From: Trichlorobacter lovleyi SZ
Lineage (GTDB): Bacteria; Desulfobacterota; Desulfuromonadia; Geobacterales; Pseudopelobacteraceae
Length of the DNA: 32,000 bases
Direction of reading: 5' to 3'
Assembly: GCF_000020385.1 (NCBI RefSeq)
Contig: NC_010814.1
Coordinates: 180,001 to 212,000 of the forward strand
The notes under the pieces were generated by a model. The model made no database searches and was not told the DNA's origin. It worked only from the letters and a program-made list of their open reading frames with translations. The position numbers and the translations under genes are program-made. Positions 18,449 to 25,815 of this stretch are shown here, piece after piece. Positions within the stretch are counted from its first letter, which is position 1; every line of letters starts with the position of its first letter.

Positions 18449-20050
18449 ATGAGCATGTTTTGTAACCAATGTGAGCAGGCAGCAAACGGTACCGGCTGTA
18501 ACATTTCCGGCGTCTGCGGCAAAAAACCCGATGTGGCGGCACTGCAGGATCACCTGGTCTACGGCTTGAAAAGCCTGGCGCTCTATGCCGACAAGATCGG
18601 CCGCAATGCCGAAATCGACCGTTTTACCATCGAAGGTCTCTTTACCACTGTCACCAATGTTGACTTCGAAGCTGCCCGTATCGGCGATCTGATCAAGAAG
18701 TGTTATGCCCTGAAAGAAAATGCCAAAGCTGCTTACGGTTCGTCAATTGCCAATCCGGTTGCTGACTGGCAACCGGCCGCTGACCTGACAGGCATGATTA
18801 CCCAGGGCGAACAGCATGGCATCAACAGCCAGCATGTCAATGAGGATATCCGTTCCGTTATTGAAATTCTCATGTACGGCCTCAAGGGTATGGCCGCCTA
18901 TATGGATCACGCCATGATTCTCGGCAGAAGCAATGACGACGTCATGGCCTTCTTCCAGAAAGCCCTGGCCGCCACAACCGACACAAATCTCGGTCTGATG
19001 GACTTTGTCGGTCTCTCCATGGAATGCGGCAAGCAGAACCTTACTGTCATGGGGCTGCTCGACTCCGCCCACACAGATACCTATGGGCATCCGGTACCTA
19101 CCCCGGTTCAGCTCGGCACAAAATCAGGTAAAGCCATTCTCGTCTCCGGCCATGACCTGAAAATGCTGGAGGAGATTCTCAAGCAGACCGAAGGCAAGGG
19201 AATCAACATCTACACCCATGGCGAAATGCTGCCGGCCCACGGTTATCCCGGCCTTAAGAAATACAGCCATCTGGTAGGCAACTACGGTGGCGCCTGGCAG
19301 GATCAGGCCCAGGAATTCGCCAGGTTCCCTGGCGCCATCATATTCAATACCAACTGCATCCAGAAGCCGTCTGACACCTACATCGACCGTCTCTTTACCT
19401 GGGGTCTCGTAGCTTGGCCCGGCGTTAAGCATATCGACGGCTGGGATTTCAGCGCCGTCATCAACAAAGCTCTGGAGTGCCCGGCACTCCCCGAAAATCC
19501 GGGACAGGAAATCCTGACCGGTTTCGGCCACAACGCAGTTCTTGGCGTGGCAGACAAAGTCATTGCTGCTGTAAAGGCGGGCCAGATAAAGCACTTCTTC
19601 CTGGTGGGCGGCTGCGATGGCGCTAAATCAGGCCGCAACTACTACACCGAATTTGCCGAAAAAGCACCGAAGGATACCGTTATCCTGACGCTGGCTTGCG
19701 GCAAGTACCGTTTCAATAAACTGGAGTTCGGCGACATCGGCGGCATTCCGCGCTTGCTGGACATCGGTCAGTGCAACGATGCCTATTCGGCCATCCAGAT
19801 AGCTGTCGCCCTGGCAGGAGCTTTCGAATGCGGCGTCAATGACCTGCCGCTGTCTATGATCCTTTCCTGGTATGAACAGAAAGCAGTCGTCATCCTCCTC
19901 ACTCTGCTGAGCCTCGGAATTAAGAATATCAAGCTTGGACCAACACTGCCGGCCTTCATCACTCCTACTGTCCTCAACTTCCTGGTGGAGAATTTCAACA
20001 TAGGCCCAATCACAACTGCTGAAGCTGATCTGAAGGCAATTTTGGGGTAA
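18449..20050 (+). CDS. hcp: hybrid cluster protein (hydroxylamine/NO reductase type)
   Basis: 533 aa. N-terminal CNQCEQAANGTGC motif is diagnostic of Hcp. GGGAGG RBS. Confidence 0.96.
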   Translation: MSMFCNQCEQAANGTGCNISGVCGKKPDVAALQDHLVYGLKSLALYADKIGRNAEIDRFTIEGLFTTVTNVDFEAARIGDLIKKCYALKENAKAAYGSSIANPVADWQPAADLTGMITQGEQHGINSQHVNEDIRSVIEILMYGLKGMAAYMDHAMILGRSNDDVMAFFQKALAATTDTNLGLMDFVGLSMECGKQNLTVMGLLDSAHTDTYGHPVPTPVQLGTKSGKAILVSGHDLKMLEEILKQTEGKGINIYTHGEMLPAHGYPGLKKYSHLVGNYGGAWQDQAQEFARFPGAIIFNTNCIQKPSDTYIDRLFTWGLVAWPGVKHIDGWDFSAVINKALECPALPENPGQEILTGFGHNAVLGVADKVIAAVKAGQIKHFFLVGGCDGAKSGRNYYTEFAEKAPKDTVILTLACGKYRFNKLEFGDIGGIPRLLDIGQCNDAYSAIQIAVALAGAFECGVNDLPLSMILSWYEQKAVVILLTLLSLGIKNIKLGPTLPAFITPTVLNFLVENFNIGPITTAEADLKAILG

Positions 20051-20080
20051 CTGAAGTATAAAAATATCTATAACGATCAA

Positions 20081-20120
20081 TGAGCGCCCCGCGATTTACT
20101 GTGGGGCGCTCATTGTTTAT
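20081..20120 (+). terminator. intrinsic terminator after hcp
   Basis: Perfect 10-bp stem TGAGCGCCCC / GGGGCGCTCA with a 12-nt loop, followed by TTGTTTAT. Confidence 0.75.
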
Positions 20121-20168
20121 CCATATATTTCAGTCGCACCGATTATATTCGAGAATGTTATTCTTTTA

Positions 20169-20182
20169 TTGATGTGGGTCAA
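20169..20182. promoter_or_regulatory. FNR/CRP-family binding-site candidate TTGAT-GTGG-GTCAA upstream of the PAS/NDH-2 operon
   Basis: Same half-sites as the hcp box. TATAAT at 20210..20215. About 70 bp before the PAS gene ATG. Confidence 0.55.
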
Positions 20183-20245
20183 ACTGCTGTATTCGTAATT
20201 GATGTAACTTATAATCGCAATTCAGGAAAAAACGCGGGAGGAAAT

Positions 20246-20680
20246 ATGGACAACTTATTGAACCAGTTGGTCAACGATGCACCAGATGCGATTCTCATCT
20301 CTGATCAGAAAGGGGTTATCCGCTACTGGAACAGTGGAGCAGAGCAGATGTTTGGCCATACTGCAACCGAGGCGGTAGGCCAGTCACTTGATCTGATTAT
20401 CCCTGAAAATTTACGGAGTCGCCACTGGGAAGGATATTGGCGGGTGATGGCATCTGGCGAGACGAAATACAAGACAGGTCTACTCTCATCACCAGGTGTT
20501 CGTAAAGACGGCGCGCGTGTTTCCTTGGAGTTCAGCATGGTACTGCTGCGCGATGACGATGGTGTTATGGCGGGTTGTGCCTCAATCATGCGAGACGTAA
20601 CTGAACGATGGAAAAAGGAGAAGGAGTTGAAAGAACGTCTGTCTGTTTGCGAAGCAAAGCTGGCAGAGACATCTCCTTAG
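20246..20680 (+). CDS. stand-alone PAS domain protein (no output domain)
   Basis: Start set at ATG 20246 (GGGAGG upstream). PAS-like sequence APDAILISDQKGVIRYWNSGAEQMFGHTATEAVGQSLDLIIP ... DGARVSLEFSMVLL. Confidence 0.85.
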   Translation: MDNLLNQLVNDAPDAILISDQKGVIRYWNSGAEQMFGHTATEAVGQSLDLIIPENLRSRHWEGYWRVMASGETKYKTGLLSSPGVRKDGARVSLEFSMVLLRDDDGVMAGCASIMRDVTERWKKEKELKERLSVCEAKLAETSP

Positions 20681-20730
20681 GTTTCTTTTCTCCTCCGTTA
20701 CTATCACTGCCATATAAAGAGCATATCATT

Positions 20731-21975
20731 TTGAAAAAGCGAGTTGTCATAGTAGGCATGGGGTTCGGAGGGATTCGAACAGCACGGGTTCTAGCCGGAA
20801 AAGGGCTCGATGTTATTCTTGCGGATAGGAATAATTATCATTTATTTCAGCCACTGCTCTACCAGGTAGCAACTGCCGGATTGGAGCAGGAGTCGATCGC
20901 CCATTCAGTGCGCGCCATGGCCAGGAACTGGTCAGGGACTCGGTTTCAACTGACCGAGGTGAACGGCGTCGATTTTGTATCTCGCGAAGTACTGACCGAT
21001 ACCGGATGCATTCCCTATGACTATCTTGTTATTGGTGCAGGCAGTGTCACAAACTTTTTCGGGCTTGAGTCGGTGGAGCGTAACTCCTTTGACCTCAAGG
21101 AACTGGCGGACGCAGAAACATTGCGCAACCATATCCTTACTGCCTTTGAGCGGGCGGTGCTTGAACCCGATCCGGCGCGTAAGCGCGCGCTGATGACCTT
21201 CGTCATTGTTGGTGGAGGACCGACAGGTGTTGAGTTTGCAGGTGCGCTCATCGAACTCGTCCATTTTGTTCTGGCCAAGGACTATCCCGAGTTGAGCACC
21301 CATGCGGCCAGAGTGGTCCTGGTTGAGGCCACTGATAAGCTGTTGGCGTCCATGCCGGCAAAACAGCGTACCTACACGCTGAAAAAATTACGCAGTATGT
21401 CCGTGGAAGTGCTCCTTAATGCTCGAGTAGTAGATGCCGGTCCTGAACGGGTCACTCTGCACGATGGCGCCATCATTCCAGCGCATACTCTCTTCTGGTC
21501 AGCGGGAGTAAAGGCGGCACCAATAGCTGCTGTTATTGATGTACCCCACAGGGCAGGAGGCAGAATTCCTGTCGAATCAGATCTGACAATTCCTGGCCAC
21601 CCTGAGGTCTTTGTTATCGGTGACATGGCGTACCTGGAACAGGAGGGCTCAGCACTCCCCATGACTGCTCCTGTAGCGATGCAGATGGGTATCTACGTCG
21701 GAAAAGCGATTCTGGCGAAGGAGAGGAACTCAAGCACTCCTCCATTTCGCTATTGTGACAAAGGGAGCATGGCCACTATCGGTAAAAATGCTGCCGTGGC
21801 AAGCGCCTTTGGCATGGACTTCCGGGGATACATGGCCTGGCTTGTCTGGCTACTCTTGCACCTTTACTACCTGATCGGCTTTCGCAATCGCATCGTCGTC
21901 ATGCTCAACTGGGTCTGGTACTACTGGTTTCATGAGCGTCAGGTACGGCTCATTACCAGAAGAGACGGCAAGTAA
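20731..21975 (+). CDS. ndh: type II NADH dehydrogenase-like FAD-dependent oxidoreductase (NDH-2 family)
   Basis: Rossmann motifs KKRVVIVGMGFGG and FVIVGGGPTGVEFAG, plus GDMA. Hydrophobic C-terminus. Probable TTG start at 20731; the 20608 extension overlaps the PAS gene. Confidence 0.85.
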   Translation: MKKRVVIVGMGFGGIRTARVLAGKGLDVILADRNNYHLFQPLLYQVATAGLEQESIAHSVRAMARNWSGTRFQLTEVNGVDFVSREVLTDTGCIPYDYLVIGAGSVTNFFGLESVERNSFDLKELADAETLRNHILTAFERAVLEPDPARKRALMTFVIVGGGPTGVEFAGALIELVHFVLAKDYPELSTHAARVVLVEATDKLLASMPAKQRTYTLKKLRSMSVEVLLNARVVDAGPERVTLHDGAIIPAHTLFWSAGVKAAPIAAVIDVPHRAGGRIPVESDLTIPGHPEVFVIGDMAYLEQEGSALPMTAPVAMQMGIYVGKAILAKERNSSTPPFRYCDKGSMATIGKNAAVASAFGMDFRGYMAWLVWLLLHLYYLIGFRNRIVVMLNWVWYYWFHERQVRLITRRDGK

Positions 21976-21976
21976 T

Positions 21977-22981
21977 ATGACTTTACGTTCAACAAAATCA
22001 CTCAGTACCATGCGCGTTATTATACAGTGGTGCTTTTTGTTTTGGGTGGTCGGTATTGGCATTCGGTTCGGTATTTTTGTAAACGCTGTTGAAAGAGGCG
22101 CATCCACCTCATTTGTTTCTCGGCCGCCCGGTGTCGAAGGTTTTTTACCAATTGGAGCTTTGACGAGCCTGAAGTATTGGCTGGTTTCAGGAGAAATACA
22201 CCCAGTTCATCCAGCTGCACTGATCATATTCATGACAGTTCTGTTCATGAGTCTATTTGCCAAGAAATCATTCTGTTCATGGTTTTGCCCTGTCGGCACT
22301 CTTTCCGAAGGGGTATTTAAACTGGGTCGGAAGCTAGTCGGCAAGAATTATCGTATGTGGAGATGGCTTGACTATGGATTGCGGAGTATCAAATATCTGC
22401 TGCTGCTGATGTTCGTGAAGTTCATCCTGGTGGACATGTCGGTCGCAGCGCTGGGTGGGTTCCTGGATGCTCCCTACTGGGCAGTCAGTGATGTCAAGAT
22501 GCTCCGTTTCTTCACCCACATGTCCGTAACTACGATGGTGGTGCTGGCGATTTTGACTGCCCTTTCCCTTTTTTATAAGATGTTCTGGTGTCGGTACCTC
22601 TGCCCCTATGGAGCACTGCTAGGTGTTGCAAGTATTATCAGCCCTTTCAAGATCCGAAGGGACTTGGCAGGTTGTACGGGATGTAAACGCTGCTCTGCCG
22701 CTTGTCCTTCCGGCCTTGGAGTGCATTCCTCCACAGCAGTTTCTTCACCGGAATGCACTGGCTGTCTCACCTGTGTGTCGCACTGTCCAGAGCGAAATGT
22801 GCTTGCCATGCAGCCTGTCTTCTGGAAACGACCGCTACCCGTTTGGGTTTTTCCAACGGTGATTCTGTCTATATTTATGGCAGGAATTGGCGCAGGAATA
22901 GTCAGCGGGCACTGGCAAAGCTCGTTGAACTTTGCTGATTATCAGCGACTAATACCGCTCGTGCCGTACCTGAGTCATTAG
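21977..22981 (+). CDS. membrane-bound polyferredoxin, NapH/NosR/CcoG-like 4Fe-4S binding protein
   Basis: Two CxxxCP motifs (CSWFCPVG, CRYLCPYG), two ferredoxin motifs (CTGCKRCSAACP, CTGCLTCVSHCP) and several TM helices. ATG 21977 lies 1 nt after the ndh stop. Confidence 0.85.
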   Translation: MTLRSTKSLSTMRVIIQWCFLFWVVGIGIRFGIFVNAVERGASTSFVSRPPGVEGFLPIGALTSLKYWLVSGEIHPVHPAALIIFMTVLFMSLFAKKSFCSWFCPVGTLSEGVFKLGRKLVGKNYRMWRWLDYGLRSIKYLLLLMFVKFILVDMSVAALGGFLDAPYWAVSDVKMLRFFTHMSVTTMVVLAILTALSLFYKMFWCRYLCPYGALLGVASIISPFKIRRDLAGCTGCKRCSAACPSGLGVHSSTAVSSPECTGCLTCVSHCPERNVLAMQPVFWKRPLPVWVFPTVILSIFMAGIGAGIVSGHWQSSLNFADYQRLIPLVPYLSH

Positions 22982-23034
22982 ACTGAGGTGACAGTTTATG
23001 AAAAACTGCATTTCACACCCAAAAAGGTATTTTT

Positions 23035-23739
23035 ATGTTTAATCGCATCTGCCGTAACCTCTATCCCAGTCTTATCATAACCCTCATGCTCCCTTTGCCG
23101 GCACTGGCCATACCGGCAATCACCTGTCACTGCTTCACCGATCGCGCCTATGACCCGGCGCGCCCTAGCATAGCTGACCCGTATTTTCTGGCAACGACCG
23201 CGAATTCCTTTTTTAGCGCTGCCTTTGGCGTTGAGAAAAAATCGATAGTGATCAAGAAACAAAAAGGGGTATCTGCTGATGATCTGTGGATAGGCTATTG
23301 GCTAGCGGCCAGATCTGGTGTTGATCCGGAAACTCTCCTGGAGCAGAGAAAAATTAAAGGTTCCTGGCGGCAGGTGGCAACCCCGCTGGCTATTCCTGTC
23401 AAGTCATTGGGAGGCAGGGTTGCCGAGACGCTGAACAACAACTTTGCTGATGAACGATTGACCAATGCGGTGGTCGATGAACTGCTGCTGCGCTTTCGCT
23501 TTCACAGCGAACCGGAATTGGTGATACTCCGCAAAGCGGGCGCTGGCAATCAGGAGCTGATTATTGTCGCTCTGATTGCAGCAAAGACCGGTCAACCGGC
23601 AATCCAGCTGTATCGTGATATCAAAGAAGGTAGAACGAGCTGGGGGGCTTTGCTGCAGCGGGCAAAGATTGAACCGCCGGATATTCAATCCGAGATTGCG
23701 ACACTGATAAAAACAGCGAGTGTCTTTAGCTCGTCGTGA
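23035..23739 (+). CDS. hypothetical secreted protein with an N-terminal C-H-C motif and an internal duplication
   Basis: 234 aa. Signal-like N-terminus LPLPALA, then IPAITCHCF. Two related ~60-aa segments. Weak RBS. I recognise no family. Confidence 0.65.
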   Translation: MFNRICRNLYPSLIITLMLPLPALAIPAITCHCFTDRAYDPARPSIADPYFLATTANSFFSAAFGVEKKSIVIKKQKGVSADDLWIGYWLAARSGVDPETLLEQRKIKGSWRQVATPLAIPVKSLGGRVAETLNNNFADERLTNAVVDELLLRFRFHSEPELVILRKAGAGNQELIIVALIAAKTGQPAIQLYRDIKEGRTSWGALLQRAKIEPPDIQSEIATLIKTASVFSSS

Positions 23740-23761
23740 TGATGTAATGAGCCTTGTCACT

Positions 23762-23872
23762 TCACTCGATGCCGTTTTTCCCGGCGCACCGCCGCACGTA
23801 CTGAGAAAAACCACCAATTGCCGTTAGAACCCAGATCGTTACGGTAACGATTATTTCACTCGATGTGGTCAT
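23762..23872 (-). CDS. small single-TM protein (36 aa), paralog of the sORF at 25624..25752
   Basis: Hand-translated: MTTSSEIIVTVTIWVLTAIGGFSQYVRRCAGKNGIE. GGAG 8 nt upstream of the ATG. Lies 22 nt downstream of the zinc-ribbon gene. Below the 60-aa cutoff of the ORF track. Confidence 0.6.
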   Translation of the reverse strand: MTTSSEIIVTVTIWVLTAIGGFSQYVRRCAGKNGIE

Positions 23873-23894
23873 CTTGTATCTCCGAATCAGTTAG

Positions 23895-24185
23895 TTATGG
23901 CACAGTCGGCAGTACAAAATCTTTCCCGGCAAACTGAATAGCAGTCGAATCGTAGGCGCGAGGTGGCGATACGGCATGCACACCACCGCACTCAGGGCAA
24001 GCCTGAACGAAGGTCTTTAGTATAAAAGGTGCTCCGCATCCCTGACATTTTGCAGTCAGCCCACCATTCGGTACAGGAGACACTGCTATCCCCCCGCCAT
24101 GTGCTGCAAGCACAAATTCCACGAGTTCCTTTCCTGATGCAAATGGTCCTGTCCCCGGTGTTTTGGTTGATCCGCAATCACACAT
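23895..24185 (-). CDS. small zinc-ribbon-type protein (CxxC ... CPxC), N-terminus MCDCG
   Basis: 96 aa. The CQGCGAPF ... CPECGG pair resembles the zinc-ribbon part of HypA-like proteins. AAAGGAAAAG lies upstream of the ATG. Confidence 0.7.
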   Translation of the reverse strand: MCDCGSTKTPGTGPFASGKELVEFVLAAHGGGIAVSPVPNGGLTAKCQGCGAPFILKTFVQACPECGGVHAVSPPRAYDSTAIQFAGKDFVLPTVP

Positions 24186-24207
24186 AGTCTTTTCCTTTTG
24201 ACAATAT

Positions 24208-24221
24208 TTGATCTAAATCCA
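24208..24221. promoter_or_regulatory. degenerate FNR/CRP-like box TTGAT-CTAA-ATCCA
   Basis: One half-site mismatch. Lies only about 30 bp from the start of the minus-strand gene, so its role is doubtful. Confidence 0.25.
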
Positions 24222-24300
24222 AGGGCACCATACCTTGCAGTGCTGCCGATAAGCATGACGTATGTCAATTTATCCGGCTTACTTCATTGAATACAGTTTA

Positions 24301-24314
24301 TTGATTCAGATCAA
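24301..24314. promoter_or_regulatory. consensus FNR/CRP-family box TTGAT-TCAG-ATCAA upstream of the DUF1858/hemerythrin operon
   Basis: Perfect match to TTGAT-N4-ATCAA. Downstream lie TGCTAATCT (an extended -10-like element that would put the box centre at about -41.5) and TATAAT at 24343..24348. About 65 bp before ATG 24373. Confidence 0.65.
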
Positions 24315-24372
24315 ACGCTTTAGCAGATTTCTTTGCTAATCTTATAATCACCAAAAGGCAAGGAGACGATCA

Positions 24373-24594
24373 ATGAACTTCAATAACACGCTTGGCGATA
24401 AAGCCATACAGGATGTCATGCAGGCCTATCCGGAGATCGGCGAGATTCTTGCCCGTTACGACATTGGCTGCACCACCTGCAAGGTGGGAATCTGCCTCTT
24501 GAAGGATGTAGTCTCCATTCATGGCTTGTCAAAAGAAGATGAAGTGAAAATTGAACATGAAATCAACGAACTTTTAGCGAAAAAAGGAGCATGA
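24373..24594 (+). CDS. DUF1858-like small redox-disulfide protein (hybrid-cluster-protein-associated type)
   Basis: 73 aa. Motif YPEIGEILARYDIGCTTCKVGICLLKDV has the CxxC. AAGGAG RBS. Confidence 0.85.
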   Translation: MNFNNTLGDKAIQDVMQAYPEIGEILARYDIGCTTCKVGICLLKDVVSIHGLSKEDEVKIEHEINELLAKKGA

Positions 24595-24597
24595 ATC

Positions 24598-25053
24598 ATG
24601 GGAAATCTCGGATGTGGCTGCCCTGGCAGCATGGCAAAGGTAATCGAAAGACCGGTAAGCGAAGACAACAGTAGCGTAAAGGCGGTCTCTGAACTCAGGC
24701 AGTGGCCGGTGCAGCTTCATCTTGTCCCACCGAGCGCACCGTACTTCATGAAGGCTGAAATTCTGGTCTGCGCCGATTGCGTGGCGTTTGCCATGGGGAG
24801 CATGCATCAGGATCTTCTTAAGGGGAAAGCGCTGGCTATTGCCTGTCCTAAACTTGACGAAACTGATAGCTATGTAGACAAGTTGGCAACAATCTTTTCG
24901 ACCAACGAAACGCCAAGCGTTACCGTGGCAATTATGGAAGTGCCCTGCTGTCGAGGTCTTGATGTTATGGTCAAGGAAGCAATAAGCAAAAGCGGTAGGG
25001 ATATACCTTTGGAGACAGTGATCGTCGGGATCGACGGCAACAGGAGAAACTGA
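24598..25053 (+). CDS. Cys-rich putative Fe-S/redox protein
   Basis: 151 aa. Motifs GCGCPG, LVCADCVAFA, ACPKLD and MEVPCCRGL. I have seen this conserved pattern in putative Fe-S proteins but cannot name the family. AAGGAG RBS. Confidence 0.8.
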   Translation: MGNLGCGCPGSMAKVIERPVSEDNSSVKAVSELRQWPVQLHLVPPSAPYFMKAEILVCADCVAFAMGSMHQDLLKGKALAIACPKLDETDSYVDKLATIFSTNETPSVTVAIMEVPCCRGLDVMVKEAISKSGRDIPLETVIVGIDGNRRN

Positions 25054-25601
25054 TGAAAACGGACATTACCAAGTCCCTAGTGGATGAACACCAACTCATT
25101 CTGCGAATGATTACACTACTTGAGAAGAATGCCCCACTGACGGCTGAAGGTAAATACCTTAACTGGCAATTCTACCTGGATGGCATCGATTTCATCCGTC
25201 AGTATGCGGACCGTTTTCACCATGCTAAAGAAGAAGATGTCCTTTTCAAAGCATTGGTCGATAACGGCATGCCGAAGGATAACAGTCCGGTAGCCGCCAT
25301 GCTGATGGAGCATGGTCAGGGTCGAAGTTTCGTCTGTGCCATGGAGATTGCTGTACTTGAAGCACAGTCAGGCCGCACAGATACCTATCAAGCAATTGCA
25401 GAAAATGTCCTGGGATATGCATCTCTGCTTCGCGGCCATATTGGGAAGGAAGATGATATTCTTTATCCGTTATCGGAGCGAGTGCTTCCGGAAATTGTGC
25501 GTGCCAGTATTCTGGAAGGGTATCGGTCTGCAGAAGCACAGATTCCCTCTGGAGTCAGGGAACGGTATAATGCCATAGTCACTCAGTACGAGCAGGAATA
25601 G
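25053..25601 (+). CDS. hemerythrin-like metal-binding domain protein
   Basis: 182 aa. His/Glu motifs EHQLILRM, FHHAKEEDVLF, MEHGQG and HIGKEDDILYP. TGATG overlap with the previous gene. Confidence 0.85.
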   Translation: MKTDITKSLVDEHQLILRMITLLEKNAPLTAEGKYLNWQFYLDGIDFIRQYADRFHHAKEEDVLFKALVDNGMPKDNSPVAAMLMEHGQGRSFVCAMEIAVLEAQSGRTDTYQAIAENVLGYASLLRGHIGKEDDILYPLSERVLPEIVRASILEGYRSAEAQIPSGVRERYNAIVTQYEQE

Positions 25602-25623
25602 AGGGAATACTGGAGACTAAAAT

Positions 25624-25752
25624 ATGCTTACTACCAGTGAAATTGCAGCTACAGCAGCAATCTGGGTTCTGTTGGCCATTGGCGGTTTTTTCTGCATACG
25701 AGCCGCTGTTCGCAAAATAACAGCAAAAAAGCAAACAATTAAGAACAGATAA
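25624..25752 (+). CDS. small single-TM protein (42 aa), paralog of the sORF at 23762..23872
   Basis: Hand-translated: MLTTSEIAATAAIWVLLAIGGFFCIRAAVRKITAKKQTIKNR. GGAG 8 nt upstream. Lies 22 nt after the hemerythrin gene stop. Below the ORF-track cutoff. Confidence 0.6.
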   Translation: MLTTSEIAATAAIWVLLAIGGFFCIRAAVRKITAKKQTIKNR

Positions 25753-25756
25753 CTTC

Positions 25757-25785
25757 TTGACGAATAGATTTGATCTGAATATGAT
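25757..25785 (+). promoter_or_regulatory. sigma-70-like promoter TTGACG-17 nt-TATGAT for the second tetR
   Basis: Hexamers at 25757..25762 and 25780..25785 with 17-nt spacing, about 30 nt upstream of ATG 25816. Confidence 0.5.
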
Positions 25786-25803
25786 GTGAATACTAACTCA
25801 CAT
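25784..25803. promoter_or_regulatory. 20-bp operator-like palindrome ATGTGAAT-ACTA-ACTCACAT
   Basis: 8-bp arms match 7 of 8. Overlaps the -10 and start-site region of the tetR promoter. Related to the palindrome at 26419..26438. Confidence 0.5.
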
Positions 25804-25815
25804 AAGGTATCAGTA

